A stretch of DNA of 26,028 nucleotides. Source: a virus (taxonomy: Duplodnaviria; Caudoviricetes). Every line of letters begins with the position of its first letter. Positions within the stretch are counted from its first letter, which is position 1. The translations under genes and the position numbers were made by a program. The DNA lies in IMG/VR virus record IMGVR_UViG_3300042923_000231, positions 1 to 26,028 of that record. One strand, written 5' to 3'. The notes beneath the pieces are model-generated. The model was not told the DNA's origin. It saw only the letters and a list, made by a program, of their open reading frames with translations, and did no database searches. Positions 8,271-16,395 of this stretch are shown piece by piece.

Positions 8271-8559
8271 CTATCTCAACATCCTCCCAATACTTCGGAT
8301 ACAATCCTTTTAAATATCTAATACATTTATTTTTTATCTCGTATGTAAATGCTAGTTTATGGCAAGGTATACATATTGTTACCCCTTCTTCTATAACATC
8401 GTTTTTCAGTCCGTATTTTTTAGTGTGATGAAACTTTTCACCCTGCAAAACATTTGCTCCACAACAAACACATCTATAGTTATCTCTTTCATGTATCTCA
8501 TCATTAAGTATTGACACTGCTTTTCCTTTTAATCTAACTAGATTTAGTTTTTGTAGCAT
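8263..8559 (-). CDS. HNH-like endonuclease (possibly degenerate)
   Basis: RDNYRCVCCG...FHH...TICIPCH; the conserved Asn is not obvious. Confidence 0.65.
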   Translation of the reverse strand: MLQKLNLVRLKGKAVSILNDEIHERDNYRCVCCGANVLQGEKFHHTKKYGLKNDVIEEGVTICIPCHKLAFTYEIKNKCIRYLKGLYPKYWEDVEIDG

Positions 8560-8584
8560 ATAATCAACACCTTTTTTGCAAACT

Positions 8585-8622
8585 AAAAAGCACCTACACC
8601 AATTAAGATGTAAGTGCTTTTT
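8585..8622 (-). terminator. Intrinsic terminator (possibly bidirectional)
   Basis: Minus RNA AAAAAGCACUUACAUC-UUAAUU-GGUGUAGGUGCUUUUU. Confidence 0.85.
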
Positions 8623-8733
8623 GTATATGATTGATCAACCCACAAACCAGTCCCTCAATTGAGTCACCTTATTGTTAAGTCTCTCTATTTGGTCTTCATT
8701 GCATCTATTTACATATAGACGCACGACCGATTA
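8585..8733 (-). ncRNA. Candidate ~150-nt small RNA or attenuated leader
   Basis: Bounded by a strong promoter and a terminator; hairpin UGCGUCUAU/AUAGAUGCA closed by GGUC/GACC. Confidence 0.5.
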
Positions 8734-8738
8734 ACTTA

Positions 8739-8767
8739 ATTATAGCATATATTGCAAATTAAAGCAA
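8739..8767 (-). promoter_or_regulatory. Strong SigA-type promoter with extended -10
   Basis: TTGCTT-17 nt-TATAAT with TG at -15/-14. Confidence 0.8.
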
Positions 8768-8770
8768 TAC

Positions 8771-9112
8771 TTATCTTGATTCAAACGACATACATTTCCC
8801 ATTCAATCCTGTATTTATTTGCGACAATGATTTTTTACTCATATCGCCTTTTCTGCTCCTTCCCTTACTACTTCCACCACCTCCACCTTTTTTGGCTTCT
8901 CCTGCCGGAATACATGCTGCTGGTAAGTGTGTTTTATGCATATCTCTCATTAACTTTATAATGATATCATCAACGTATTTATCATTTTGTTCTTTTGGTA
9001 CAACAGTAGCTTTACATTTAGGGCATACATAATATCTACTTTGTTTGTCGTATAACATTTCCGTAATTGTTCCATTTGCCAGGCATATATTACAAAGTAT
9101 TTGTTTACTCAT
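8771..9112 (-). CDS. Zinc-ribbon protein with basic Gly-rich tail
   Basis: CNIC...CPKC and KKGGGGGSSKGRSRK. Confidence 0.8.
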   Translation of the reverse strand: MSKQILCNICLANGTITEMLYDKQSRYYVCPKCKATVVPKEQNDKYVDDIIIKLMRDMHKTHLPAACIPAGEAKKGGGGGSSKGRSRKGDMSKKSLSQINTGLNGKCMSFESR

Positions 9113-9397
9113 TTACTCACCTACTTTTAAGTTATTTCTGCTATTTTCTATATACTTAGATAAAGGATTTAATATATCACTGCTATCTGCTTCATATTTA
9201 AATTGTGGCGTATAGTTTAATGCTTCGTTAATTTGTTTTTCAATATCTTCGATTTTACCTCTTACCGAATATTCATCGTTACCGACCATTCTAATAGTTG
9301 TTGCATAATCTGTTCCTATTTCTATAGAAATTATATTCATAGGATTTAATTTGACACTACTATTTTCCCAACTACGCATAAATTCAACTAATTTCAT
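9113..9397 (-). CDS. Hypothetical protein resembling the FlbD family
   Basis: LNPMNIISIE...TTIRMVGNDEYSVRGKIEDI pattern. Confidence 0.55.
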   Translation of the reverse strand: MKLVEFMRSWENSSVKLNPMNIISIEIGTDYATTIRMVGNDEYSVRGKIEDIEKQINEALNYTPQFKYEADSSDILNPLSKYIENSRNNLKVGE

Positions 9398-9987
9398 TCT
9401 GTTTCACCTTCTTTGTATAGTTTTACTTTGTTCCACCAAGCTAATGCATAATTTTCATTAGTAAATGATGTTCTTCCACCATTAAAAACAAATACTTTCC
9501 CATCTTCGTATTTGGCAAAATATCTATTAAATGTTTTACCGGATTCAGTAGTTATGATAACTTTTGTATCAACAGCAACCTGCGACCAGTCGAACGCATC
9601 ACGCTCCCAAACTAACTCAAGCAAATCATAATTCCCTTCTAGTACTTCGATTAGGTTGTTTGTTGTGTAGACTTTTACTATGTCAAAACTAGGGACATCA
9701 TACATTGATGTTGAATAATATTTTAAATCACTCGCATAGCGATCATATTCATACAAGCAATCATCATTAACTCCAGCTAAACCAACTTTAATTCCTAAAA
9801 ACTTTTCACCGTTCCGTAACTCAACAACCATACCAACCTTTAAATCATCTTTTGTGAATGTTTGTTGGTCTAGTTGTTTTGTATCACTTTTAATTATTGG
9901 TTTGAATTGACTATATTTGTAGCAACTTTGTGCCGTAAAACAAAACCCATTATTATTATTATGTTTACAATCTATACATTTCCCCAC
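9394..9987 (-). CDS. Phage hypothetical protein
   Basis: DLKVGMVVELRNG and DWSQVAVDTKV...RYFAKYEDGKV modules recalled from Bacillota phages. Confidence 0.75.
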   Translation of the reverse strand: MGKCIDCKHNNNNGFCFTAQSCYKYSQFKPIIKSDTKQLDQQTFTKDDLKVGMVVELRNGEKFLGIKVGLAGVNDDCLYEYDRYASDLKYYSTSMYDVPSFDIVKVYTTNNLIEVLEGNYDLLELVWERDAFDWSQVAVDTKVIITTESGKTFNRYFAKYEDGKVFVFNGGRTSFTNENYALAWWNKVKLYKEGETE

Positions 9988-10139
9988 TATATATCATCCT
10001 CCGATTCAAATTGATCTAGATATTTTTCGTATGCTTGTTCACAACAACAACCTTCGCATAAAGTTTCTGCTGAATGTCCGAATGTGGTTGGACAATAATC
10101 GCAAATATCTTCAAGTTCTTCAATTTTTTTGGGCTTCAA
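9987..10139 (-). CDS. 50-aa Cys-rich protein
   Basis: Not in track; TTG start after SD AGGGG; MKPKKIEELEDICDYCP...CEGCCCEQAYEKYL; stop overlaps the next start. Confidence 0.7.
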   Translation of the reverse strand: MKPKKIEELEDICDYCPTTFGHSAETLCEGCCCEQAYEKYLDQFESEDDI

Positions 10140-10145
10140 TTCATA

Positions 10146-10379
10146 TCAACCCCTAGCGATCTTATTTGTCGATTCTCTATCTAAACAAACCATGAAAGCT
10201 GTTGTTTTATCACTATCAAAAAACATATCAATCATATCATCTGGAATTCTAACCGTAATTGTAGATGGTTTTTTATTGCCATTGCCACGATTAACCTTAA
10301 TCAAATTGTCGCAAACAGGTATTAATTTAACATTTTCGTTTTTTATCATTCCATTTATTACTTCGCCAAATGTTTTCAT
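10146..10379 (-). CDS. Hypothetical protein
   Basis: 77-aa ORF with SD GGAGG. Confidence 0.7.
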   Translation of the reverse strand: MKTFGEVINGMIKNENVKLIPVCDNLIKVNRGNGNKKPSTITVRIPDDMIDMFFDSDKTTAFMVCLDRESTNKIARG

Positions 10380-10623
10380 TTTTTATTATCCTCCGGTTTA
10401 TCGTTTTCAGTAGGTCGCCAATGGGTTACTTCATCTATATCAATTTCTAACCTTCCGATTTCAAAATAACTGTCACCACCGCCACTGCGAAAAATAGTAC
10501 CTTTTAAACAATCTCCTTTATGGAGCCATATATCAACTTTTTGCCATCGTTCCGGTTTTCTTTCATTTACTGGTATCCACCGCCAAAATATCCATAGTCA
10601 AATTTACTTTTCTGTCCGTCCAT
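10376..10623 (-). pseudogene. Frameshifted or chimeric DUF551-like gene
   Basis: ATG 10623 gives only MDGQKSKFDYGYFGGGYQ*; the -1 frame from 10585 encodes WRWIPVNERKP...VTHWRP ending in an ATGA overlap at 10376. Confidence 0.7.
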
Positions 10624-10982
10624 TATTTGCACGACCTTTCCAATGCCAAACCATTATAATATTCTCTGTAAATATCAATCCAGTTATCAAGCGACATTGT
10701 TACAAGCCACTTTTCATTATTCCTACGATGAAATACAGTAGGCATATTACCGTTTTTGGCATCACGTTTTGCTTGTGCTATTGCATCCGATATATTAAGT
10801 CGTTCAACTCTTTTGCACTCGATATGTATATTTGGTAGTGCATCTACAATATCGGCAGCACTTTCACCTAATCCGCAATACTGTTGCGATCTTTTAGCAT
10901 CAGTGAAACCATATTCTCTAAGTTTACTTGCTAACTCTCGTTCACCTTTTGCGCCCTTTGCCTTAGAATTTATTTTCCCCAT
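10623..10982 (-). CDS. Holliday junction resolvase-like PD-(D/E)XK nuclease
   Basis: SKAKGAKGERELA...ADI...HIECKR motif. Confidence 0.8.
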   Translation of the reverse strand: MGKINSKAKGAKGERELASKLREYGFTDAKRSQQYCGLGESAADIVDALPNIHIECKRVERLNISDAIAQAKRDAKNGNMPTVFHRRNNEKWLVTMSLDNWIDIYREYYNGLALERSCK

Positions 10983-10997
10983 ATAATTACCGCCTTT

Positions 10998-11017
10998 GCA
11001 GGGATTTTATTCCCTGC
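10998..11017. other. Intergenic hairpin GCAGGGA/TCCCTGC
   Basis: 7-bp stem with a T-rich tail on the plus strand only. Confidence 0.45.
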
Positions 11018-11024
11018 GTTTTAT

Positions 11025-11222
11025 TTATTTCAATTCTTCTTCCCAATTCCTGTCAAAGTCTTCATATGCTTTACTTGGTGATTTACCAAAACCAGCGACA
11101 CCCTCTTGCAAATTATCACCATACAACGCACACCATATATTACCGTCAATTGTTAAATTTGGCTTATAAATCGTACTTGGTCTTGTTGCTTGATAGCCGA
11201 TATCTTCATAATAAATTTTCAT
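11025..11222 (-). CDS. Hypothetical protein
   Basis: DGNIWCALYGDNLQEGVAGFGKSP..AY..FD; ATGA coupling. Confidence 0.75.
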   Translation of the reverse strand: MKIYYEDIGYQATRPSTIYKPNLTIDGNIWCALYGDNLQEGVAGFGKSPSKAYEDFDRNWEEELK

Positions 11223-11446
11223 TTGGAACTCTTCTTGGTTATATCGTTCATTCCAATATTATTATAAATATTAATAATTTGTGGTAAAAGATGTGTGTTT
11301 AATTCGCTCCAATGCTTTCCTGTATTGCTTAAAATATTATCTAATTTCCAATTAACTTTACGAACTTGATTTACAATTTCATCAAATTCATCTCTTGTTA
11401 ATTTATTATCTTCTAAAAATTTATCTATTTCTAAATATGTTGCCAT
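11219..11446 (-). CDS. Hypothetical protein
   Basis: 75-aa ORF with SD AAGGAG. Confidence 0.7.
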   Translation of the reverse strand: MATYLEIDKFLEDNKLTRDEFDEIVNQVRKVNWKLDNILSNTGKHWSELNTHLLPQIINIYNNIGMNDITKKSSK

Positions 11447-11473
11447 CTTAAATCTCTCCTTAAATTTTATATC

Positions 11474-11860
11474 CTAGAATGGTATTTCTTCGTCAGGGAA
11501 GACTTCACTACCAAACGAATTCGCACCAGTACTATCAGCTTGTCCTTCACTAGGCTTCTTATTACCCATAAATTCAATATTCTGTGCAATTACCTCTGTC
11601 ACATAACGTTTTTGACCGTCTTGTGTTTCGTAATTACGAACTTGGATACGACCTTCAACTAAGATTTGACTACCTTTGGTTAAGTTATTCCCGCAAATCT
11701 CAGCCAGCTTTTCCCACGCTACACAATTAATAAAATCTGCTTCTTTGTTTTGTCCGTAACGATTCACTGCTAATGTAAATGTTGCATTTGCTTTGCCACT
11801 AGCCGTGTAACGTACTTCTGGATCGCGCGCTAATCTTCCAACTAAAATCACCTTATTTAT
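11474..11860 (-). CDS. ssb: Single-stranded DNA-binding protein (probable ATA start)
   Basis: NKVILVGRLARDPEVRYT, ADFINCVAW and acidic DEEIPF tail. Confidence 0.95.
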   Translation of the reverse strand: MNKVILVGRLARDPEVRYTASGKANATFTLAVNRYGQNKEADFINCVAWEKLAEICGNNLTKGSQILVEGRIQVRNYETQDGQKRYVTEVIAQNIEFMGNKKPSEGQADSTGANSFGSEVFPDEEIPF

Positions 11861-11875
11861 AATAATCCCATCCTT

Positions 11876-12130
11876 TTATAAATTTTTATATTCTTCTTCT
11901 AATTTTTGTTTATGTTCTTTTAATACTTCAACAATTTTATTTCTAAGTTCACCATCACATTCAATTGTATTTTGTTCATATCCTCCATAGGCTATATTAT
12001 TAAGAAATAATTTTGGCTTTTTTGTAGTTAAGCTAATTCTCCATGTTTTTGTAATATAAAATATAACATCGTCTAAATCTTTTATTCTTTCTTCTAAAAC
12101 TCTCGCCATTAATGATTGTTCTTTTGTCAC
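11876..12130 (-). CDS. Hypothetical protein
   Basis: 84-aa ORF with SD GAGGT. Confidence 0.7.
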   Translation of the reverse strand: MTKEQSLMARVLEERIKDLDDVIFYITKTWRISLTTKKPKLFLNNIAYGGYEQNTIECDGELRNKIVEVLKEHKQKLEEEYKNL

Positions 12131-12131
12131 A

Positions 12132-12299
12132 TTATTTTACCTCGCTAGTCACATACAGCAATTCAAAACTCTCACATAGATTATTTTTAGCACTAAAGTA
12201 CTGAACTCCCCCATGCTCACTCCGAACGCATTGTATTTGTTTGCCTGTCGATAATGCTAGTTTGTTGGCTTTTGCTTCTACTTCTGATTGGTTAATCAT
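12132..12299 (-). CDS. Hypothetical 55-aa protein
   Basis: Not in track; MINQSEVEAKANKLALSTGK...; fills the gap between neighbours. Confidence 0.6.
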   Translation of the reverse strand: MINQSEVEAKANKLALSTGKQIQCVRSEHGGVQYFSAKNNLCESFELLYVTSEVK

Positions 12300-12765
12300 T
12301 GTTAACGTCACTTCCTAATGCAAACTTTGCAATATCTCTCGCATCAATAAATTCTTGACAGCCGCACGAACAATGCCGATAAGATCGTTTTTGATAGTCA
12401 ATAATATAATTTAATGCTTGTACTAATACTTCGTTACGATCAATTAACTCTTTTACCTTATCAGTTATTAAGTCAAGTTCGACATTTCTTAATTTTGTTT
12501 TATTAGTTGACTCTATTGTGTCTTGTCTAAACATTTCGATTTCTTTTTCTAGCTGCTCAATATGCTTAATCAGTTTTGGTACTGCTTGTCTTGATTCTGC
12601 TATAAATTCAGCATCTTTTGTCCCACTCCAAATATCGCAAATACTTTTATCTATATAATTTTCGTCTTTGTTAAACGCGCCAATCCCTTCATCTGTAATT
12701 AGCCAAGGTGTATGTGTTGCGTTCTCACATAACATTTTTAACTTTTTTATATCTGGTCTTTGCAT
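12292..12765 (-). CDS. Ead/Ea22-like protein
   Basis: LCENATHTPW...DAEFIAESRQAVPKLIKHIEQLE pattern. Confidence 0.6.
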   Translation of the reverse strand: MQRPDIKKLKMLCENATHTPWLITDEGIGAFNKDENYIDKSICDIWSGTKDAEFIAESRQAVPKLIKHIEQLEKEIEMFRQDTIESTNKTKLRNVELDLITDKVKELIDRNEVLVQALNYIIDYQKRSYRHCSCGCQEFIDARDIAKFALGSDVNND

Positions 12766-12778
12766 TTACCTCACCTCT

Positions 12779-12970
12779 TCACAATACTTCTTTATCTTTT
12801 AGCTCGAAAACTTCGTCAATTTCAGCTTCTGGAATTTCACCACACATATCTAACAAATCACCTATAGTTAACTTATTAAATTTTCTTTCCGCTTCTTCTG
12901 GCGATTCTGCTTGTATAATAACTCTGCTCCATACTCTGTCAATATCAAAACTAATACTAAATTTTTTAAT
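12779..12970 (-). CDS. Small acidic protein with a non-ATG (ATT or ATA) start
   Basis: Not in track; (I)KKFSISFDIDRVWSRVIQAESPEEAERKF...; in-frame TAA directly upstream; SD AAGGA. Confidence 0.6.
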   Translation of the reverse strand: MKKFSISFDIDRVWSRVIIQAESPEEAERKFNKLTIGDLLDMCGEIPEAEIDEVFELKDKEVL

Positions 12971-12982
12971 TTTTATTTATCC

Positions 12983-13153
12983 TTATCTTTTAACAATCGT
13001 TTTCATAATCCTGTTCTTAGTTTCACGATCAAACTTTCTATATTTACGTTGCTCTTGCCATCTACCAAACACGCAATACAGATAAGCTGCTAAAATTACG
13101 CCTGTTAGTATTGTTATTGCTGTTAAAAATACGGTTAATATGTCATTTAGCAT
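12983..13153 (-). CDS. Small membrane protein
   Basis: ATG 13153 after SD AAGGAG; one transmembrane segment then a basic tail. Confidence 0.7.
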   Translation of the reverse strand: MLNDILTVFLTAITILTGVILAAYLYCVFGRWQEQRKYRKFDRETKNRIMKTIVKR

Positions 13154-13394
13154 CAAATTGTTCTCCTTTGCCAAATTTGCATATAATCTTTTTCTTTTTT
13201 CCGCTGACTATAGTTAAACTATTGCTATCTTCTTCAAGGTCTAATCCAAGTGCCATGCATGCCCCAACTAATACACCTTTTGAATATGTATAGCTAGTTG
13301 CGTTTTCCCTGTTATATACTTCATTTTTCTCGCTTTCAATTATATAATTTGATACTAATGCATATAATAAATCTTTTCTTTCATCTACTGTCAT
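13143..13394 (-). CDS. Hypothetical protein
   Basis: 83 aa, ATGA coupling. Confidence 0.7.
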   Translation of the reverse strand: MTVDERKDLLYALVSNYIIESEKNEVYNRENATSYTYSKGVLVGACMALGLDLEEDSNSLTIVSGKKKKIICKFGKGEQFDAK

Positions 13395-13564
13395 TTATCC
13401 TCACCTGCCAATGCTTGTTGCCAACAATCGACACATGTTTTATGTTTTGGTAAATCATATAGATAAAAATCTTCATCTTTCAACCCGAGTTGATAAGGGC
13501 ATAAACTACTTTCATCAATAGCATAATCAATCAACTTTTCTACCGTTTCTTCACTGTATTTCAT
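13391..13564 (-). CDS. 57-aa protein with CP...CxxCW motif
   Basis: Not in track; MKYSEETVEKLIDY...LCPYQLG...TCVDCWQQAL. Confidence 0.7.
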   Translation of the reverse strand: MKYSEETVEKLIDYAIDESSLCPYQLGLKDEDFYLYDLPKHKTCVDCWQQALAGEDK

Positions 13565-13585
13565 TTAATCAACTCCAATCTAGTT

Positions 13586-13738
13586 TTAATATGGCATTTC
13601 TACCTCCGATAGTCTCTCTCGCTGAATTTTTACTATTGCTTTTAAATCTTTCAGCTCTTCACGCAACCCTTTATTTTCAGCGATCAAGTCTTTTCGTATC
13701 TGAATTAGCTCCTCGAATGCGTATGCTTTTGGATTCAT
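13586..13738 (-). CDS. 50-aa coiled-coil protein
   Basis: Not in track; MNPKAYAFEELIQIRKDLIAENKGLREELK; TAATG coupling. Confidence 0.65.
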   Translation of the reverse strand: MNPKAYAFEELIQIRKDLIAENKGLREELKDLKAIVKIQRERLSEVEMPY

Positions 13739-14013
13739 TATTTAGCCTCGCTTTCTAATGCCTTATTCCAACATTCTTCACAATCATTGCATTTCGCTAT
13801 AGTGCGTTGTCCTTTGATATAAAATCCGGGGCAATTACCTTCTTTAGCCATTTCCCACACATCAGGAAAATTATCACGCACAAAGCGCAACTGTTGTTTT
13901 ATATCTAATTTTTTAATATTTGCTAATATCGAACACGGTTTTAATTGATTAACGTTGTCACCTAGTCTATTAAGCCAAGTCTTTAATTTATCATTAGCGT
14001 TTTTCTTTCTCAT
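13738..14013 (-). CDS. Hypothetical protein with CP...CxxCW motif
   Basis: GNCPG...CNDCEECWNKAL. Confidence 0.7.
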   Translation of the reverse strand: MRKKNANDKLKTWLNRLGDNVNQLKPCSILANIKKLDIKQQLRFVRDNFPDVWEMAKEGNCPGFYIKGQRTIAKCNDCEECWNKALESEAK

Positions 14014-14120
14014 ATTTTTACCTCATTTTAGTTTTAAGCTAGTTATTTTACGCTTGTCTATACAAGTATGCTAGTCGTGCATATTCTGTTTAATGTTGGG
14101 GGTGCTAGGTGGGGTATGGT

Positions 14121-14366
14121 TTATTTTGCGCCAAACTTTTCCCTCATAATTTCTAATTCTTCATGCATTACTTTTAATATTTTACTTTTAATATCACTTT
14201 TAGTACCATATTGCTGAATTTCTTTTCCGTCTGCTCGGCTCATATCTCCGGTGTAAATATAAATTCCGCTGCCACTTTCTGCACTATTTATAACTCTTTC
14301 AAAAAACTCTATTTGTTTTTCTAATTTAACCAATTCATACAATTCTTCACTTGTCATTTTAATCAT
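14121..14366 (-). CDS. Hypothetical protein
   Basis: 81-aa ORF within the operon. Confidence 0.7.
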   Translation of the reverse strand: MIKMTSEELYELVKLEKQIEFFERVINSAESGSGIYIYTGDMSRADGKEIQQYGTKSDIKSKILKVMHEELEIMREKFGAK

Positions 14367-14367
14367 C

Positions 14368-14652
14368 TCATTTCTTATAGTATCTGCTTTCTATTCGTTC
14401 TAGCGTTCGCTGTATTTTTTGTTTCTTAACTTCTTGTACTGTATAATCACCTGTTATTAAATATTTGATTTGGTCTAAACAGTTTTCTACATCTCCTATT
14501 TCTTCTGCAAGATGTAATTTGTTTTCGTGATTATCATTAGTATCAAATTTAATTAACGCTTGTAATAGTTCTCCGATTTCTTCGATTAATTTTTTTTGTT
14601 GCTTTTCTTCTCCAAAATGATCTGCTATTGTTTTTAGGTCTTTATCTATCAT
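14368..14652 (-). CDS. MazG-like nucleotide pyrophosphohydrolase
   Basis: KLIEEIGELLQAL...LAEEIGDV (ExxE...ExxD). Confidence 0.85.
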   Translation of the reverse strand: MIDKDLKTIADHFGEEKQQKKLIEEIGELLQALIKFDTNDNHENKLHLAEEIGDVENCLDQIKYLITGDYTVQEVKKQKIQRTLERIESRYYKK

Positions 14653-14946
14653 TTATTTTCCTCCATACGAAACGTATTCTTTATATTCATCCTCTGGAAA
14701 ACATTTTTCATAATCTTGTATTTTCATATCTAATGATTCAAAAGTATCATTCAATTCAATGGCAATATAATCATTGAACATTTTTACATCTAACCCACCA
14801 TCACCGTCATTAGTATCAACAACTTTGGCAAACTCTTTTAAATCATCAAAATCAACCGCTACCCATGAACGTATCTCGTTTTTTTCTTTATATAAATGGC
14901 ATTCTCTTTCTCGTAAAAATTCATATAATTTAATTTCAGCACTCAT
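14653..14946 (-). CDS. Hypothetical acidic protein
   Basis: 97-aa ORF with SD GGAGGT. Confidence 0.7.
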   Translation of the reverse strand: MSAEIKLYEFLRERECHLYKEKNEIRSWVAVDFDDLKEFAKVVDTNDGDGGLDVKMFNDYIAIELNDTFESLDMKIQDYEKCFPEDEYKEYVSYGGK

Positions 14947-15399
14947 TTATTTACCTCCCTCATTCCAATAAGGGCAATCACCATTATCCATACTAATCGG
15001 AATATCATATTTTAAAAACATATCTCGCAAACTACATTTGTCTGGCTGTCTACAACCTTTGCAACATTCTTGCACATAATATTCAACTAACTTGTAAAAA
15101 TCGTCTTTTTCTACTTCGATTGTTCGCACATCATTTCTAACTTCACCCTTACGAATGATGTCCATCTTCGCACCAATCCAAGAATTAAGCCTATTCTTAA
15201 GCAACTTACCTTGCTTCGTATCAAGTTCACCACATATTGATACATAAGCCTTTTCTGTGTAGGTAGCTGCCATACTTACAGCTCGCTTTGTTTCTGCCGA
15301 CCAATCTTTATCTATTCGTTGGCGTATTTCCTTTAGGTTACCAGTTATATATCCAAGTACGCCTAAGTCATTTATGCCTTGTGAATTTAGGTATTTCAA
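14947..15399 (-). CDS. DUF5651-like zinc-binding protein
   Basis: MKYLN start and CKGC...C.LR..F.KYDIP...CPY C-terminus. Confidence 0.55.
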   Translation of the reverse strand: MKYLNSQGINDLGVLGYITGNLKEIRQRIDKDWSAETKRAVSMAATYTEKAYVSICGELDTKQGKLLKNRLNSWIGAKMDIIRKGEVRNDVRTIEVEKDDFYKLVEYYVQECCKGCRQPDKCSLRDMFLKYDIPISMDNGDCPYWNEGGK

Positions 15400-15432
15400 T
15401 TTGTATCACCGCCTTATTTTCAGCGTAAGTAA

Positions 15433-15849
15433 TTAAGCCCCATATTCTCTAATAACATTTCCCTTGCTATCAAAATATTTTGTTTTATACCAAGGATGGC
15501 AATTGTCTATATAGCAAGTTCCATCCTTAACTACATTAAGGTTTAGTCCTCCATTGCTACCAACAATAGTTACCATCTTACCGCAAACTTCAATTTTCAT
15601 TCCCATATAAGCAAATGGTATATCACGCATTTCTTTCATTCTGTCAAATTGTTCTTCATCACCAAATAAATCTTCTGGTTTAAACTTACCTAATGTTTTA
15701 CATTTTATAAATCCTAAGAATTCTTTAAACGTACAATCAAAACAATCTTGTAGTTCTAAAAACAGCTTATATTTAGCTTTACTAGCTGTTTCAGCGACCA
15801 CATTCTTTGTATGTTTATCGTAGTTAAATACTATTTCATAGGTATTCAT
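15433..15849 (-). CDS. Phage hypothetical protein
   Basis: VAETASKAKY and IPFAYMGMKIEV...NCHPWY motifs. Confidence 0.75.
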   Translation of the reverse strand: MNTYEIVFNYDKHTKNVVAETASKAKYKLFLELQDCFDCTFKEFLGFIKCKTLGKFKPEDLFGDEEQFDRMKEMRDIPFAYMGMKIEVCGKMVTIVGSNGGLNLNVVKDGTCYIDNCHPWYKTKYFDSKGNVIREYGA

Positions 15850-16395
15850 TTACTTTATTCCTCCAATCTTTTCAGTTACATTACCAATCAATTCTGCCGT
15901 TTTATTTTTACCACTCATTATCTGAATGACATTGTTGTTTATGCGATCTTCTTTTTTACGCTTACACACGCTTTCATACATTCGTAAAAACTGTGCTCTA
16001 GCTGTCCCTATTTGGTCGGTAGGCGTTTCACATAGTCCTATCCATCCCATTGCCAAGGCTGCCGTTTTAATCTCTTGTGTCGAAAATTTAGGTTCTTTAT
16101 AAACAAAAGCTTCTTGCATTTGCTTCTGGACATCATTCCATGCTTCATCTGGTGATTTAACTTTTGTTTTTGTAACAACTTGTACCATATCATTTGATAC
16201 TTCCATGATTTCAGCAATACTAGGAAAGAATTTGCATATACGCATACACTTTAAAACGCCAGCTTTTAGTTCATGTTCCGACAGCTCCGACAAAACCGTT
16301 GCGTACAGGTTCATGTTATCCTCATTCATTCCCGATCTAGGAAAAGCTAGTATCAATGGTGCTAGTGTCTTTAATGTTTGTTTCTGCTCCATCAT
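15850..16395 (-). CDS. Replicative helicase loader/inhibitor (SPP1 G39P-like N-terminus)
   Basis: KFFPSIAEI motif; directly follows the initiator gene. Confidence 0.7.
   Translation of the reverse strand: MMEQKQTLKTLAPLILAFPRSGMNEDNMNLYATVLSELSEHELKAGVLKCMRICKFFPSIAEIMEVSNDMVQVVTKTKVKSPDEAWNDVQKQMQEAFVYKEPKFSTQEIKTAALAMGWIGLCETPTDQIGTARAQFLRMYESVCKRKKEDRINNNVIQIMSGKNKTAELIGNVTEKIGGIK

Noticed and set aside
14014-14120. G-rich tract GGGGGTGCTAGGTGGGG and a small hairpin as G-quadruplex or sRNA
   Set aside because: Too few regular G-runs, and no promoter or terminator support
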